Assembly (NCBI RefSeq): GCF_009914755.1
Contig: NC_060926.1
DNA: 64,000 nt
DNA from: the human T2T-CHM13v2.0 reference genome, Homo sapiens
Strand: one strand, 5' to 3'
Each line of letters begins with the position of its first letter. The stretch's first letter is position 1. The notes under the pieces were generated by a model. That model worked only from the letters and a program-made list of their open reading frames with translations, was not told the DNA's origin and made no database searches. The translations under genes and the position numbers were made by a program. This document shows, in pieces, positions 1 to 14,974 of this stretch.

Positions 1-1016
1 TTCATGGAAAAACCAGAGTTCACCCTCCTACTCCTCATAGTCACTACTCAGAAAAGAACAACTTAATTGGGTAGCTTTTGTGTTCCTCCTGTAGACTAAG
101 TGGGATCATGGTTAGCTTCCTCTCACATCCCTTTTGCTTGCAATACTTACATAGCTGTCTTGTATTTGGCAGGGGGAAGAGGATATCTATTTCACCACCT
201 CATGAGTCCTCTTTCTGTTTCTTGATGCTTGTTCTCTGAGCAATACAGATTGACCACTGATGATTTCTATGTGACTGATTTCTAAATGCAGACTCTCTTG
301 TGGGAGGTATGTGCAAAACATGTGGATTTTCTTTGGGAGTTCTCCCAAGTACACACTTCTCTGAAGAAGAAAACTTGCTGCAGCAAGACTTCTTAAGTAT
401 GATACTAGTAGAGGTTTTAGGACAGCTACTTATTCTACAGTCCAATTGACCCACTAGAAAGCATTCAGTGTAGATCTACCAAATAAAAAGAAGGCAGGTT
501 GATTGACTATCATGGTTTTGCTATTGTCTTCACACAATCACAGTAGATGCAAAGCTGATCAATACAGCTGCGGCTTCAGTTGGTCTTGTCCAACAGGAGG
601 ATGAGATACCAATCTTCTTTACATTGCAGGTACTCCCAGGTCCTACTAATGAGTTTCTCAGAACAACTTTCACTTGAATTTTTAGGAGAAAAAAAAAAAA
701 AAAAGCTTTTCTGCCAGCCTGAGAACACTCTTTGGTGTGAACATGTTTTGTTTTCATCTACAAAATCAGCAACACTACATGTTTAATGAATCCTACCATT
801 GGGAAGGAATTGTATTAGTACACAGATGACATATGTGTAGGAGAAAATACAACATATCAGTGGGGAATTATTAATAAAGAATTACCAAAAAATTAGGAAG
901 GTAAAAATTTAGAGGGAAAGGAAATTATGGCTTGAAAAACAGAGAAATTTTAGAGTGGGCAATATATTGACTCTGCTGTGAAAAAGCAAACTTCTCTCAA
1001 GAAAGTCAGTTCATTA

Positions 1017-1217
1017 AAGGCAGAGACAAATTTTCTGTAAATGGCCAAATAGTAAATATTTTAGACGTTATGGGCCACATATGGTCTCTGTCACATAGTA
1101 TTTTTTTTCTACAGCCTTTACAAATGTAAAGAAAGATAATTCTTAGCTTAACAGCCCTACAAAAATAGGCAACAGATAGGATTTGGCATGTGGGCCAGTC
1201 ATAGTTTGCAAATCTTG
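1017..1217. mobile_element. MER58-family (MER58C-like) hAT-Charlie non-autonomous DNA transposon
   Basis: 'caaattttctgtaaatggccaaatagtaaatattttag...gggccacatatggtctctgtc' and terminal 'ggatttggcatgtgggccagtcatagtttgc' match the recalled MER58 consensus ends. Confidence 0.75.
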
Positions 1218-2392
1218 CCTTGCGAGAGAAGATATTTAAAGCTATCAGATGTATCATGTTTATCATAAGAGAAAAATATTTTGTTTTTTATAAAATTGAT
1301 ATTACATTCAAGTATGTTGGCATTATTGACACTCTAGTGGCAAATTTATTCTTCAATGAGAGAGAGGGCGCATTGTTTAGAGCACACCCTTCCACATTGT
1401 CTGATTCTGATTCTAACAGGAGCTTTGATAAACCCTGTGAGTTGTAGACATGCAAATGAATTCTGTCAGGTAGAAGGACAACCTTATTGACCTTCCCACT
1501 CACCTGAAAACAAAACAGAAGCAAAAACAATATAGTTTTTTCTTCATTTACACCTTTATTTTTAATATTTCTGCTCAATACATGCGTCTGTTTATAGCTT
1601 CTCCTCTTAGCCATCCGTAACATAACATTCTCTTTTGATTCATTGAAGCCTATGAAGAATAAATTTACTACCTGTAGTTTTCAGTGCCTACGATGAATAA
1701 AATAAACGTATTTTCAATAAAAAATCCTAATATGTCAATTGCTATCACACCTAGCTTCTAAGTCTGGGGTTTATCTGAAAGAAAATTCTGAAGTTAAAAA
1801 GTACAAAAACAAAATTCTGGCATAATGCCCAGCTACACCTTAACTTATTTATTTTACTGACTTATTTTTTAACACTCTGCTTAGTGAAAGAAATGCCAGG
1901 TGGGCAGCAGTAGGGAAAGTGAATTGCTTTGGACTGAAATGGATTTCCTGCCTCTTCCCAAACACTACCTTCTACATTATCAGAAACAGTTAAATGTCCT
2001 TTTGTGTTTCATATCTATAGAACACTATGGAGTTAAACAAACTCAATAATCTGGATATTTGAGAAGTTTTTTGTGTGTTTATGGGAGTAGGCCAAGAGGC
2101 AGAGTGCCTTGGGAGAAGAATAGAGAAGAAAGTATAATAGGGCCTGTAAGTGACAGATTCCAGGGCCCATCCTGACTCTATATTGTGAGATTTGTTTGGA
2201 ACCTAAGAGGTTTTGGGGTTTGTGAGAAAGGACTATATCTGCTGGTAATCCATATAGAATTAGTGCCTGGAAAAGCAGCCACACTGCCACTTTGCAATTT
2301 GGTAAACCTTAGCCTTGAAAGTCCTGAGAGGAGATCGTGCCCAGTAGCTATTCTTACCACTGCTTGAATCAGAGCTCACACATTTCTGTTAC

Positions 2393-2468
2393 AGAGGGAA
2401 CACAGTGTAGCATTTAAGAGCACAAAGTCTAGAATCAGACGTATTGCGTTTATACCTCAGTTCTAAGA
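2393..2468 (+). mobile_element. MIR fragment (5' part), apparently split by the downstream LTR
   Basis: 'cagtgtagcatttaagagcacaaagtctagaatcagac' is a MIR head; the MIR-like 'ccacttgctagctatg' resumes at about 2939. Confidence 0.55.
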
Positions 2469-2470
2469 AC

Positions 2471-2932
2471 TGTATAGACAGACAATTGGCATCTCTGTAT
2501 ATAAAAATAGAACTCTGACCCATAATCAGCAGTCACCAGACTAGAAAGGCAAGCATGACCTCTGCAGCAAATGGTAAGGGAGGTAAAGCCATAACATGTG
2601 TAGCAATAAACCCCCAAAGGCCAGGACTTGATTAATAACTGACAGCATCCCTAATTTTTACTCCTGCTTCTGATGTGGGACCAACCAGAGAAAGGCAAAT
2701 CTGTTTCCCAAACCATTCCCTTAGGATCTAGTTAGTCCACCTCCAGCTTCCCCATGCCAGCAGCCTCCAATAAGAGAATAGCTGAAACCTTCCCTTTTCT
2801 CCACTATAAGTCTTTACCACATTTTTCCTGCCTTTGAGTCTACCAACTGAAAGGGATAGTGACTAACTCCCTTGTATTAGCAAGCTCTGTATAGCCTTGT
2901 TTTCTTGCAGGTGATCTTCCTTTATTTCTATA
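2471..2932 (+). mobile_element. Solo LTR, ERV1 class (subfamily uncertain, MER110/MER89/MER90-like group)
   Basis: Starts TG; LTR-type motifs 'aaaatagaactctgaccc', 'ggaccaaccagagaaag', 'ccactataag' (TATA), 'gactaactcccttg...agcaagctctg'. Confidence 0.6.
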
Positions 2933-3913
2933 TCTCCTCCACTTGCTAGCTATGCTACTCTGTGCTTATCATTAGTGAAAGACAAATGGCCTTACCTCAT
3001 TGAAGCTTCCATCTAAAATTGTTCAAAACAGAAATTTGATTTCTACTACCTTCATTGCTGTATTACCACATTTATACACAAGTCTTAGCCACCCCAAACA
3101 CCTATTTTGTTCCACAGTCATCTCCATTTCAGGAACTGACACAAGAGTTTCGTAGATTATTTTAAAGCTCAACATTAAATTGTGCTTAATTTTCTTTAAA
3201 ATACTTAAGCTAGACAAAGCAATACATTTCTGTGTTACGAGTTTTATTGCCTTCCCTCCATTCTTCAGTGGTGAGTTAGTATTTGGAAGTACTCTAAGTA
3301 TATACACTTAATATACAATGTAGGTGGTTGGTTAGCATTTGAATGACTATCCAGAGACAACCAGTAAATTTTCCATTAGCAATGAAGACTTTGCTATTTA
3401 GTAGGGGAAATTAAAGATAACACCTTATTAATAAAAAATAATGTAGTTTAAGAATTCTGGATTGGCTAGGAATACTGTGCAGATATCCCTACTATTGGCT
3501 GAACCAGCTATAAGAATAGGTTTTGTCAGCAGCCATTATCCAGGATATTCTTGGTTTGGAGTTTGTTTTGTTTTTTTGGCCCCATGTGTAAAATGGTATG
3601 ATTTAATTAATGTAATGTTACATAACTTCATTTATTAAAAGAAAAGTTGAACAGCTGTTCAGTTTATTCAAAGTTTTAAAAAATATTTCTTCTTATATTG
3701 AATAATATGCATTTAAAAATTTGACGTTTCTATAAATATGCACAATTTCTTTATATACCTTAAACGGTAACTTTTTTACATATGTCAGTAGTATTTCCTT
3801 GTTATATAATTTTGTAGTTTGTCTTAGTTCAGCTATTCTTAGTAATAAGTACTTTTTGTCATTTGTTTATTTTTTAAATCTTTCCATTGCCTCTGTGGTT
3901 AAAGCCTGAGGTA

Positions 3914-4602
3914 TGTAAGGACAAATACAGATTGAAAATAAGAGTCTTACTTTTCTCTATTGAAAATAAGAGATTGTTCTCTGTTTCTTTTTCTTAGAGC
4001 ATTTATTTTGAAAAATTGTAATTTTAAGTACTATCTCCTCTCTTTGAAACATATATAACTTCTTTTGAAGACTATATAAAACTTTTGTCAGCTCTGTGAC
4101 CTAGGAATGTGTTTCTCAAGGATCTGGGAGCCATTTCCTTTGAATGTAAACAGTAAGAGAGGTAGCACCACACATCTCCCAGGTTCTGTGGGAGGATAGG
4201 ATCCTAATTTCAGCAGGTTCCCAGCTCTAATTTGTAAAACCACCTCCTGCCATAATGATATGAGAAGGATGTTTTTCCTCTGGAAAGAGCTAGCTAACGT
4301 ACGTGGTTACCCCAATTATCAGGTAAAACTGGGATAAACTCTATGTGATAAATGGTGCTATTAACTCCTCTTACTTGAAAAGCAGTTAGTGTGTATCTTG
4401 AAGACATGTATGTAATGGGTTGTGTCTGTTTGATGCAAAAGGGTGAGATTTTTGTCTTTACAATTTATTGGCAGACTGTTTATGATGCACGTCACATTCT
4501 GGATTAAAGTTTTTTAAATGGTGAGTGTTTTCTTTCTCTGTCACCTTTGTAGAAAGTATTTCTGGGTTGAAAGAAGATTTTGTTTTAATTATATTTCCCC
4601 AG
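3914..4602 (+). mobile_element. Solo LTR, ERV1 class (MER89/MER90/MER34-like group; subfamily uncertain)
   Basis: Starts TGTAAG; 'tttttcttagagcatttattttgaaaaattgtaa', 'gacctaggaatgtgtttctcaaggatctgggagccat', 3' end 'ttttaattatatttcccca' resemble MER4-group LTRs. Confidence 0.6.
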
Positions 4603-6139
4603 GAAATAGGCAGCAGTGAGTAATTTATTATTAACTATGCAATTTTTGGCAATTGTGAATAAGCTCTTTTTTATTGTGGTTTTGTAATAATCACTAATGA
4701 ATAATTACTAACATATAACAATGTTGTTGATTTCTGGATGGTAATCTAGTATCTACCAATATTGGTGAGCTACCTAATCACCTTTCCTACCAATATTTTT
4801 ATAGGGTCTCTTTCTTAATAGTAATATTATTTAAAATATTAGTGTGTTCTTAGGGTGACTGCAAAAGAAACTAATGTCTATATAAAATTATATTTTGTTA
4901 AAATACTTTTAAGGACAATATGAAATGACACAGAAAGTTGGGCAACATGTTCTTTCAGAATCATATGGAACTTTTAATGCCCTATCCCTCTTAGTCATTA
5001 TTTATTTGTTTCTTGTTAGGCTTGCTAAATTTTGATGTATTTGAAATTATTTTTCCCATTGCCTTCATATGTGAACATGGACTGTACAGGGGATAGAATT
5101 TTTATATAACATGTATCCTCAAAACCCTGTAGGATTTCTCTATTGAGATCAACTACTCTGACAGCAGATCCTATATTTAATACATAGTGGCGACCCCAGG
5201 GTTTGACTATGGCTGTCCCTGGCTCTTAGCAAACTCTTAGTAAATATTTGTTCAGTCTTCAGTGAAAGACTTGGTATTTCTGCTAGTCCCATGATTAAAA
5301 TTTACTATGGTATGGAGAAGCTATAAGAGAGACAGTTGGCAGGTACCCAAGACATCTTCTAACAACATGGTTCAATAAAGACTTGATAGCTTTGAAATAC
5401 AGTGAAAGTATTGCTGCTGGAGTTTTCAAAAAAAAATAAAGCACATCAAAATGCAAACAAACACAAAAATGCTGGACAAATATTGGCCTGGGTTGGCTGT
5501 GATATTATAAATAAAATTTAAGCAAAGCTATGTACGTTGTTTACACATGCTTCAAGATTCTGTCCAAGCCTATGATTTGATGCTTATCATCACCGAATAT
5601 GTATCATTCTGCTATTGCTAAAGGATTTATTTTATTTCAAAAGAAAATTTTATTCACGTATATTCAGCCCTTATAGTTTGCTTCCTTTGACATATGGCAG
5701 CCTACATACAGCAGCAAGTTTTTATGTTTGATACTGAATTTTTATAAGGATTATAATCTGCTTTTTAAGGTAGTGCATAAGCTTTGGGCTTCACCCCAAA
5801 ATGAAGCTTAATCATATTTAGAACAATGATCTGGATATGAATGAGAATAATTTATACCAAAATGTGTACATTGAAGTTAATAAAATGTATTTGGATATTC
5901 ACATTATATCAGGCTACTCTAAGCAACCTAATATTATAGCTGTTTAGTCAGGACTATATATAGCATAAAATATATTTAATGATTTAAGATCAATCTGACT
6001 AATGACCATGTGTTCTTCTGCTTAGTGTAATTTATTCAGGGTTTCAGAGAGGACTGTGGTTTCTAGAAACAAAATAAAACCAACCAACCAACCAATCAGA
6101 CAAATAAAATCACCTACTCATTGATTTATAAAATTTAAG

Positions 6140-6305
6140 TTAAATTCAAGCCTTCTTACCACAAGTAGTATGACTTGTGGCAATATACTTAACCTCTGTG
6201 AACCTACTTTCCTTCCATATACATGGTATTGATAATAACATTTACCAAATAGCATGTTAGTAGACTGTAAGAATTAAATGTAGAAAATAAATCTATGTAT
6301 TTAAA
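6140..6305 (+). mobile_element. MIR fragment
   Basis: Core 'gcaatatacttaacctctgtgaacctactttcc...ataataacatttacc...gtaagaattaaatg'. Confidence 0.6.
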
Positions 6306-6947
6306 AGTTTTATGAAGATGTCACTAAGATGGCAAGTAAACTTGTCTTCAATTTATATGTAATTGAATCTGTTTCTTATTATAGAATCTAAAATCAATTA
6401 TTTATTAACTGCATTTATTGGATTGCTTTGATCCACTTCATAAAAGATATAATGCTAAAGAAATCTCTAAGCTCCTAAACAGCCAAGACTGTGTTTTGCT
6501 AAGAAACCACAGTTCCCTAAACATCATTGAATCCATGGTCCATTTGGATAGAACTTTGCATTTGAAATTGTATTTATTCTATTTACTATCATTGCCCAGT
6601 AAAGACCACATTCTGCTTGAAATTATTATGTTAATCAATATTGTAGATGTTTTCCATCAAATTAAATCCATTTTTGTGTCAGAATTTGAAATTTGTACAT
6701 GAAATCATTTTTCTTCTGTAATTGTAAGAACTGCTTGAGTATCCTCCCTCCCCAGATGGTAGCCTAGAAACCATCTTCTTTGTGTTTGTCTGAGAGTTTG
6801 TCATGGAAATATTATTGATAACATGAATGACTAATAATCATATTCACACATTGTGTCACATGTGTTCAACCTTCATCAACTATTGAAAAATAACCATTTT
6901 CGCTCTTGCTTTATTTGATAAAAGAAATCAAGTTTCGTTTAGAAAAA

Positions 6948-7392
6948 ACAATAGCAAAGACTTGGAACCAACCCAAATGTCCAACAATGACAGACTGGAT
7001 TAAGAAAATGTGGCACATATACACCATGGAATACTATGCAGCCATAAAAAATGAAGAGTTCATGTCGTTTGTAGGGACATGGATGAAGCTGGAAACCATC
7101 ATTCTCAGCAAACTATCGCAAGGACATAAACCCAAACACTGCATGTTCTCACTCATAGGTGGGAATTGAACAATGAGAACACTTGGACACAGGAAGGAGA
7201 GCATCACACACCGGGGCCTGTTGTGGGGTGGGGGGAGGAGGGAAGGATAGCATTAGGAGATATACCTAATGTAAATGACAAGTTAATGGATGCAGCACAC
7301 CAACATGGCACATGTATACATATGTAACAAACCTGTACGTTGTGCACATGTACCCTAAAACTTAAAGTATAATAAAAAAAAGCTGAAAAAAA
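6948..7392 (+). mobile_element. 5'-truncated L1PA (L1PA3/4-like) 3' end: ORF2 C-terminus, 3'UTR and poly(A)
   Basis: ORF 6906-7169 ends TIAKTWNQPKCP...MFSLIGGN*; G-rich 3'UTR; 'taccctaaaacttaaagtataat'; TSD agaaaaaa at 6941-6948 and 7393-7400 after TTT (L1 EN site). Confidence 0.95.
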
Positions 7393-7661
7393 AGAAAAAA
7401 TTCTAACTATAAACAAAGACAATATAAATTTCTATCAATAATCATACTCGATCATAAATGCATTCTATTCATTTTTAGAAGATATTTTCTTTTTTCAAGT
7501 TTCAGATATACAGAGAAATTCAAAAGATAGTAGAGAAGATCCACATATACCCCATCAACCAGTTTCTACTACACCTTAGACTAATATGGTAAACTTGCCA
7601 CAATTAATAAAATAATAATGATACATTATTATTAACTAAAACTCACAGCTTTTACTTATAA

Positions 7662-7960
7662 TTTTTATTTTTATTTTAAGACAGGGTCTCACTCTGTCAC
7701 CCAGGCTGAAGCGCAGTGGCACCATCATGGCTCACCTCAGCCTCGACCCCTCCTGGGCTCAGGCAATCCTCTGATCTCAGCCTCCTGAGTAGCTAGGACT
7801 ACACACACCCACCACCATGCCCAGCTAATTTTTGTATTTTTCTGTAGAGAGAGTTTTGCCATCTTGCCCAGGCTGGTCTCAAATGCCTGGGCTCAAGCAG
7901 TCTGCCCACCTTGGTCTCCCAAAGTGCTAGGATTACAGATGTAAGCCACCGTGCCAGGCC
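7662..7960 (-). mobile_element. AluJ (Jb/Jr-like)
   Basis: Antisense Alu dimer with J diagnostics 'agacagggtctcactctgtcacccagg', 'cctgggctcaagcag'. Confidence 0.93.
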
Positions 7961-8872
7961 CCCAGAGTTTATTTAGATTTCTTTAGATTTTTGCCACTGC
8001 TTATGTGCAGTTCCTTTTGTATTCAGTCTTACTGACTCTACTCATATCCAAAGCTAGATAGTTAACCATTTCCCCCCACCTGCCAAGCCTCTTCACCAAA
8101 GTTTTTTCATACATTTGTAATACAGTTTGATTTATTTGTAACCATCTTCATTCCTTCCTAAGATTCTCCCATCTACCAAATGATTTGTTTTAATTTGCAT
8201 ACAATGTGTCATTCTTTGTGCTGTAAAATTTTGTGACATTTGACAAATGCATAATTTTATGCATCCACCATTACAATACCATATGTATTGTTTTCACCAC
8301 ACAAAATCCTGTGTTTCACGTATTTAACTCCCTCCTTCTACCTGTACCTATGATGATCACTGGTATTTTTAGTGTCTAGAGGTTTTCCTTTCCAGAAAGT
8401 CATACAATTGGAATTGTACAGTATGTAGCCATATCAGACTATATTCTTTTACTCAGCCACATGTATTTAAGTTTTATAAATGCATTTTCATGGCCTGATA
8501 GCTCATTTCTTTTTAGGGCTGAATGAATTTTATTATATAGATGCACGGCAGTTAATCTACTAATCTATTGAAGGGCATCTTGGTTTCTTCTAGTTTTGAG
8601 CAATTATGATTAAAGCTGCTATAAATGTTCATATGCAAGGTTTATGTGAACATAGTTGTCAAATCTGTTTGATAAGTACTTAGGATGTTATCATATGATA
8701 AAACTATGTTTAGCTTTGTAAAAATTATCAAATTCCCTTCATAGTGGCAGTTTGATTTTGTATTCCCACCAGCGATGAGCAATGATTTAGAGCTTTTTAT
8801 GCTCTGCTTTGTTTCTCTAGCATTTGGTTTTGCTTTTAAATAATTTTAGCCATTGTAATAAATGTGTTGTAG

Positions 8873-9164
<292 letters not shown>

Positions 9165-9403
9165 GCATTTTATTTTCTTAATTTTCAATTCCCTAATGAC
9201 AAATAATTTGAACTTGTATTTTTACCTACAAAAAAGGCATTTTTATTTCAAGAAAATATGGAAAATATATCTCTATCACTATCCCTATCTATAGTATCTA
9301 TGTCTATCGATATTAATACCAGCCAGAAAGTCAATGTTACAATTATACATATATATAAATATAAATTTGTAACTTCTGAACATTTTTATTTGTTTATAAC
9401 AAA

Positions 9404-9769
9404 TGCCATAGATTGAATATTTGTGTCTTTTCCAATTTATATGTTGAAATCCTGGCCTCCAAAATAATGGTATTTGGGAGCTGGGGACTTTGTGAGGGCC
9501 CCATGCTCATGAATAGAATTAATTCCTTGCATCATCAAGAATTAATTCCTTGCATCAACAAGAATTAATTCTTGTTCCTTGCATCATGTGAGAACACAGC
9601 AAGAACGCACACTTTTAAGGAAGTGAGCCCTCACTAGATACTTAATCCACTAGATCTTCATCTTGAGCTTCCCAGGCTCCAGATAATATCTGTAAGAAAT
9701 ATATTTCTGTTGTTTATAAGCCACCCGGTTGGTGATATTTTGTTAAAGCAGCCTGAATAAATGAAGACA
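9404..9769 (+). mobile_element. MLT1A-family MaLR solo LTR
   Basis: TG...CA termini; 'atttctgttgtttataagccaccc...tattttgttaaagcagcctgaa...aagaca'; near-matching 5-bp TSD acaaa/ataaa. Confidence 0.85.
9515..9586 (+). repeat. 23-bp tandem duplication (about 3 copies) inside MLT1A
   Basis: agaattaattccttgcatca(t/a)ca at 9515 and 9538, plus a degenerate copy at 9561. Confidence 0.9.
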
Positions 9770-11206
9770 ATAAATATAAGGAATTTCTAATCTAGGCTTT
9801 GATTTGGTCCTCCAATCTCATGCTATTTTCATGAAGTCTAACAAAACTCCAGTGCCTTTCTCATTGGGTGATCCTCACTGTTCTTTCTTTATGTTCTTAC
9901 CAAAGGTCTTTTTCTTTCCTTCTATTAGTGTTTATCTCTGGCCATTTTTATTAATTGGAGAGGTCTAATGGACAGCTTTCTTTAACGCTACTTTTTGGTT
10001 GTTTGTTTGTTGTTTATTGATTGTGTTTTTTTTTTCATTATCAAAGAAAGAAAAACATTGCTGGCAAGAGAAAAACAAAATGCTAAAATGCAGGGAGTAA
10101 CACACCATGTTTATAAACTAAAAAGTAGGCAGCCTAGGGAAAAACTGTGAGGTTCTCTGTGGGCTTCATGACAGCCACTAATACCAATTTGAGCCTGTAA
10201 ATTTGGGACTGGAAATGATGATAAAGTTCTGACATAGATTGGCATGGTAGAAAACTTTCTAAAGTGAAGAAGGAATTAAAAGTTATTCATAATTGTTGCA
10301 AGTTCCCTTAATCTAGCTCTTAGAGGTTTTGTTTTGTTCATTTATTTTCCCTAACATAATAAAACAAACAATTGCTGGGGAAGGGGAAAGAAAGAATTCC
10401 TTTTATAATTACAGAATAACCCTATTAAAATTTTTACAACACAAAGCTCTTACAAATAAATCTCTCCCTAAAATAAATGTGTCATTACTAATATAACTTT
10501 TAAAACTTAAAGTAAAAACATTTTCCTACATTCTATCTTGTGAAGTATAATTACTAAATAATTTCAGGATGCTTGAGATGATCAAATTAAAGAAAGAGTT
10601 AAGAAGTTATGTTAAATAAATGAAACTATAATTTATCAATTAAATGTACAGTAATACTTGAGACTAATTTATTACATTTGATTTTTATCTTTTACCATAA
10701 TCACAAAAAGAGCTATATTAACATAAAGTTAATAACAATGCTATTAACAGACAAAATAAAGCAATAATTTTGCCATTTTTATAAGATTATGTTCTAAACA
10801 GTTAAAATATATTTTTACACTTTCACTCTTTCCATGGTGAGCATATTCATAGCAACTTCAGCATTTTTTCTTTTCAAACGTTTCATGAGTTTTTGGTAGA
10901 AACAATTTCTAATGCTACATTAACAACTCTACTATGGAAAACCTGGTCAAAGGTTTAACAAAAATAATCTACTAGAGACCCTAATACCTATTCTCATTGC
11001 CATCATAAGCATCTTTTGCTTTCAAAATCAAAACTGCAAAGAATTAAAGGTAAAAGTCTCATTTGATCTCTATGTATAACTGCATAGAGATGAGTCTTCT
11101 CAGAAATACAGCATTCTCGAGAACTAATTAATATTAATTCCATTATAAATACGGCTAAATGCAGTTAAAAAGAAAATAACTCATCACTTAGAAATAAGTC
11201 CATATC

Positions 11207-11554
<348 letters not shown>

Positions 11555-12708
11555 TTATTTAATTGTTGGTGAATAATGTTTGTCTTTGTTATTTACAGAT
11601 TTATCAGAGATCAGAGATCAGATACTGTAAAGACTCAGGTTAAAAAGTAGATTTTTGTCTGATAGGAAGATAACGCTTTGGGGGTTCAAAGGGTATGATT
11701 TTATTATTATGGAGAAAATGTTCTAATTTCATCTAGCAGCAGTCTTGTTCTGATACTTTTTTAACTTCTGCACTTTCTAATTAGCTGATAAACTCCTGTT
11801 TCCCAAATGTTCTTAGCATTAATGAGTTGAATAAAATTTTGGGCACATGTTCATTATATATTCTTAACAGTGTCAAATTTTAATATTTAATTGCTATCCT
11901 TTGACAAGTAAATAATTTTCTTTCTGATATATGTTCTTTAAATACTTAATTAAAATGCATTGCATGAATACATGCTTGTAAAAAGTGCACAGAAACAGTA
12001 AAAGACCAAAGATTCTTTCATTCTCAGAATCTCATCTCTTCCTCATAAATTATTATTGTCAATTTGATGTGTTCTGTTCCAAATTATTTTTAAAAGTGAA
12101 AACATACATGCAAACTTTTCCCTAAACAAACAAAAACACACCTTTAAGTATATGTTTGAATAATTCTGTGTAGCAAAGAATTTAACTTTGCCCAAAGAGA
12201 GGTCTGGACTTTGTCCTGGGGTCCTGGGTAATACTCTCTAAACCCTTAAAATTTCCTGCTGGATAAGAATACCTTTGTGTACCTGGGGGCCTTGTACCAT
12301 GCTAGACAGTCTGGTATATGTGGAAGGTTTGGATCACCTGGTATCACCTTTGTCTACAGACAAAGGTCAGCCACTTTGGAGGCCAATAATGCCCATGTGG
12401 CCAAGCCTCAGTAGCATCTCTGCTACTGAGCATCTCTGGTTGACACGTTTTTTCACACATTATTGCTAGAAAAGTTAACACTGTTCATTACTCCGCTGGG
12501 TGAAGAACACTGCACGAATAATTTTCTGGATTCTGTCCCATGCATAACCTCTCTTGACTGTCTTTAACCTGTATCTTTTTTCTGTAATAAACCACAACTC
12601 ACTATAACAGCTTCCAGTGATTTCTGTTTAGACCTTCTAGTGAATAACTGAAATTGAGGATAGTCTTAGAGACTCCTGAACTTCAAATCCACATCAAAAG
12701 TGAGGGTA

Positions 12709-12841
12709 GTGTGGGATGCAGTGGCTCACACCTTTAACTCCAGCACATTTAGAGGCTGAAGTGAAAGGATTAACTTGAGACCATAAGTTCACAAATGGCC
12801 TGGGCAACATAGTAAGACCCTGTTTCTACAAAAATAAATAA

Positions 12842-12882
<41 letters not shown>

Positions 12883-13033
12883 CCATCTGTGATGGCATGC
12901 AACTGCAGTCCCACCTACTAGGAAGGCTGAGGTGAGAGGATTGCTTGAGCCCAGGAGATTGAGGGTGCAGTAAGCTATGATCAGGCCATTCCAATCTGCA
13001 AAATAGAGTGAGACTCCATCTTCAAATAAAAAA
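12709..13033 (+). mobile_element. AluJ (Jo/Jr-like) with (TAGA)n expansion in the central linker
   Basis: Alu dimer with 'ggattgcttgagcccaggag', 'gggcaacatagtaagaccctg'; TSD aaaagtga(g/a)ggt. Confidence 0.9.
12843..12880 (+). repeat. (TAGA)9.5 microsatellite
   Basis: Direct read; preceded by TAAA units of the Alu linker. Confidence 0.95.
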
Positions 13034-13157
13034 AAAAGTGAAGGTGATCATATGGACTGTTTCCTAAGTCTGCAATTACGTGCATGCACACTTTGGGGCA
13101 TATATAACAATTTCTTAAATTAGGGTGCACATAGTTAAGATGCCTCACTAATTTTAA

Positions 13158-13990
<833 letters not shown>

Positions 13991-14974
13991 GTCTTTGCTA
14001 TTGTCAATAGTGGTGCAATAAACATATGTGTGCATGTATCTTTATAGCAGTATGATTTATAATCCTTTGGGTATATACCCAGTAATGGGATGGCTGGGTC
14101 AAATGGTATTTCTAGTTCTAGATCCTTGAGGAATTGCCACACTGTCTTCCACAATGGTTGAACCAGTTTACAGTCCCACCAACAGTGTAAAAGTGTTCCT
14201 ATTTCTCCACATCCTCTCCAGTACCTGTTGCTTCCTGGTTTTTTAATGATCGCCATTCTAACTGGTGTGAGATGGTATCTCATTGTGGTTTTGATTTGCA
14301 TTTCTCTGATGGCCAGTGATGATGAGCATTTTTTCATGTGTTTTTTTGGCTGCATAAATGTCTTCGTTTGAGAAGTGTCTGTTTATATCCTTCGATATAA
14401 ACTTTTTGATGGTGTTGTTTGTTTTTTTCTTGTAAATTTGTTTGAGTTCTTTGTAGATTCTGGATATTAGCCCTTTGTCAGATGAGTAGATTGCAAAAAT
14501 TTTCTCCCATTCTGTAGGTTGCCTGTTCACTCTGATGATAGTTTCTTTTGCTGTGCAGAAGCTCTTTAGTTTAATTAGATCCCATTTGTCAATTCTGGCT
14601 TTTGTTGCCATTGCTTTTGGTGTTTTAGTCATGAAGTCCTTGCCCATGCCTATGTCCTGAATGGTATTGCCTAGGTTCTCTTCTAGGGTTTTTATGGTTT
14701 TAGGTCTAACATGTAAGTCTTTAATCCATCTTGAATTAATTTTTGTATAAGGTGTAAGGAAGGGATCCAGTTTCAGCTTTCTACATATGGCTAGCCAGTT
14801 TTCCCAGCACCATTTATTAAACAGGGAATTGTTTCCCCATTTCTTGTTTTTGTCAGATTTGTCAAAGATCAGATGGTTGTAGATGTGTGGTATTATTTCT
14901 AAGGGCTCTATTCTGTTCCATTGGTCTGTATCTCTGTTTTGGTGCCAGTACCATGCTGTTTTGGTTACTATAGC
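13991..14974 (-). mobile_element. L1PA (about PA4-PA6) ORF2 segment, inverted 5' part of a twin-primed insertion
   Basis: ORFs 14258-14989 and 13987-14355 translate to L1 ORF2p (TAWYW...IFDK...[19 protein letters not shown]...[13 protein letters not shown]), with a frameshift. Confidence 0.95.

Larger units (their letters stand above)
12169..13078 (+). mobile_element. MER21 (MER21C-like) solo LTR, interrupted near its 3' end by an AluJ
   Basis: Start 'tgtagcaaagaatttaactttgcccaaagagaggtctgg'; LTR resumes after the Alu with 'aaaagtgaaggtgatc'. Confidence 0.75.

Noticed and set aside
200-786. Short ORFs and a TGATGA...CTGA pair suggesting a C/D snoRNA near 258-278
   Set aside because: Boxes are too close, no terminal stem is seen, and the ORFs have no recognisable similarity.
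9515-9586. Short direct repeats superficially like a CRISPR array (also 30739 and 52515)
   Set aside because: No unique spacers of regular length, no cas genes, and the DNA is human.
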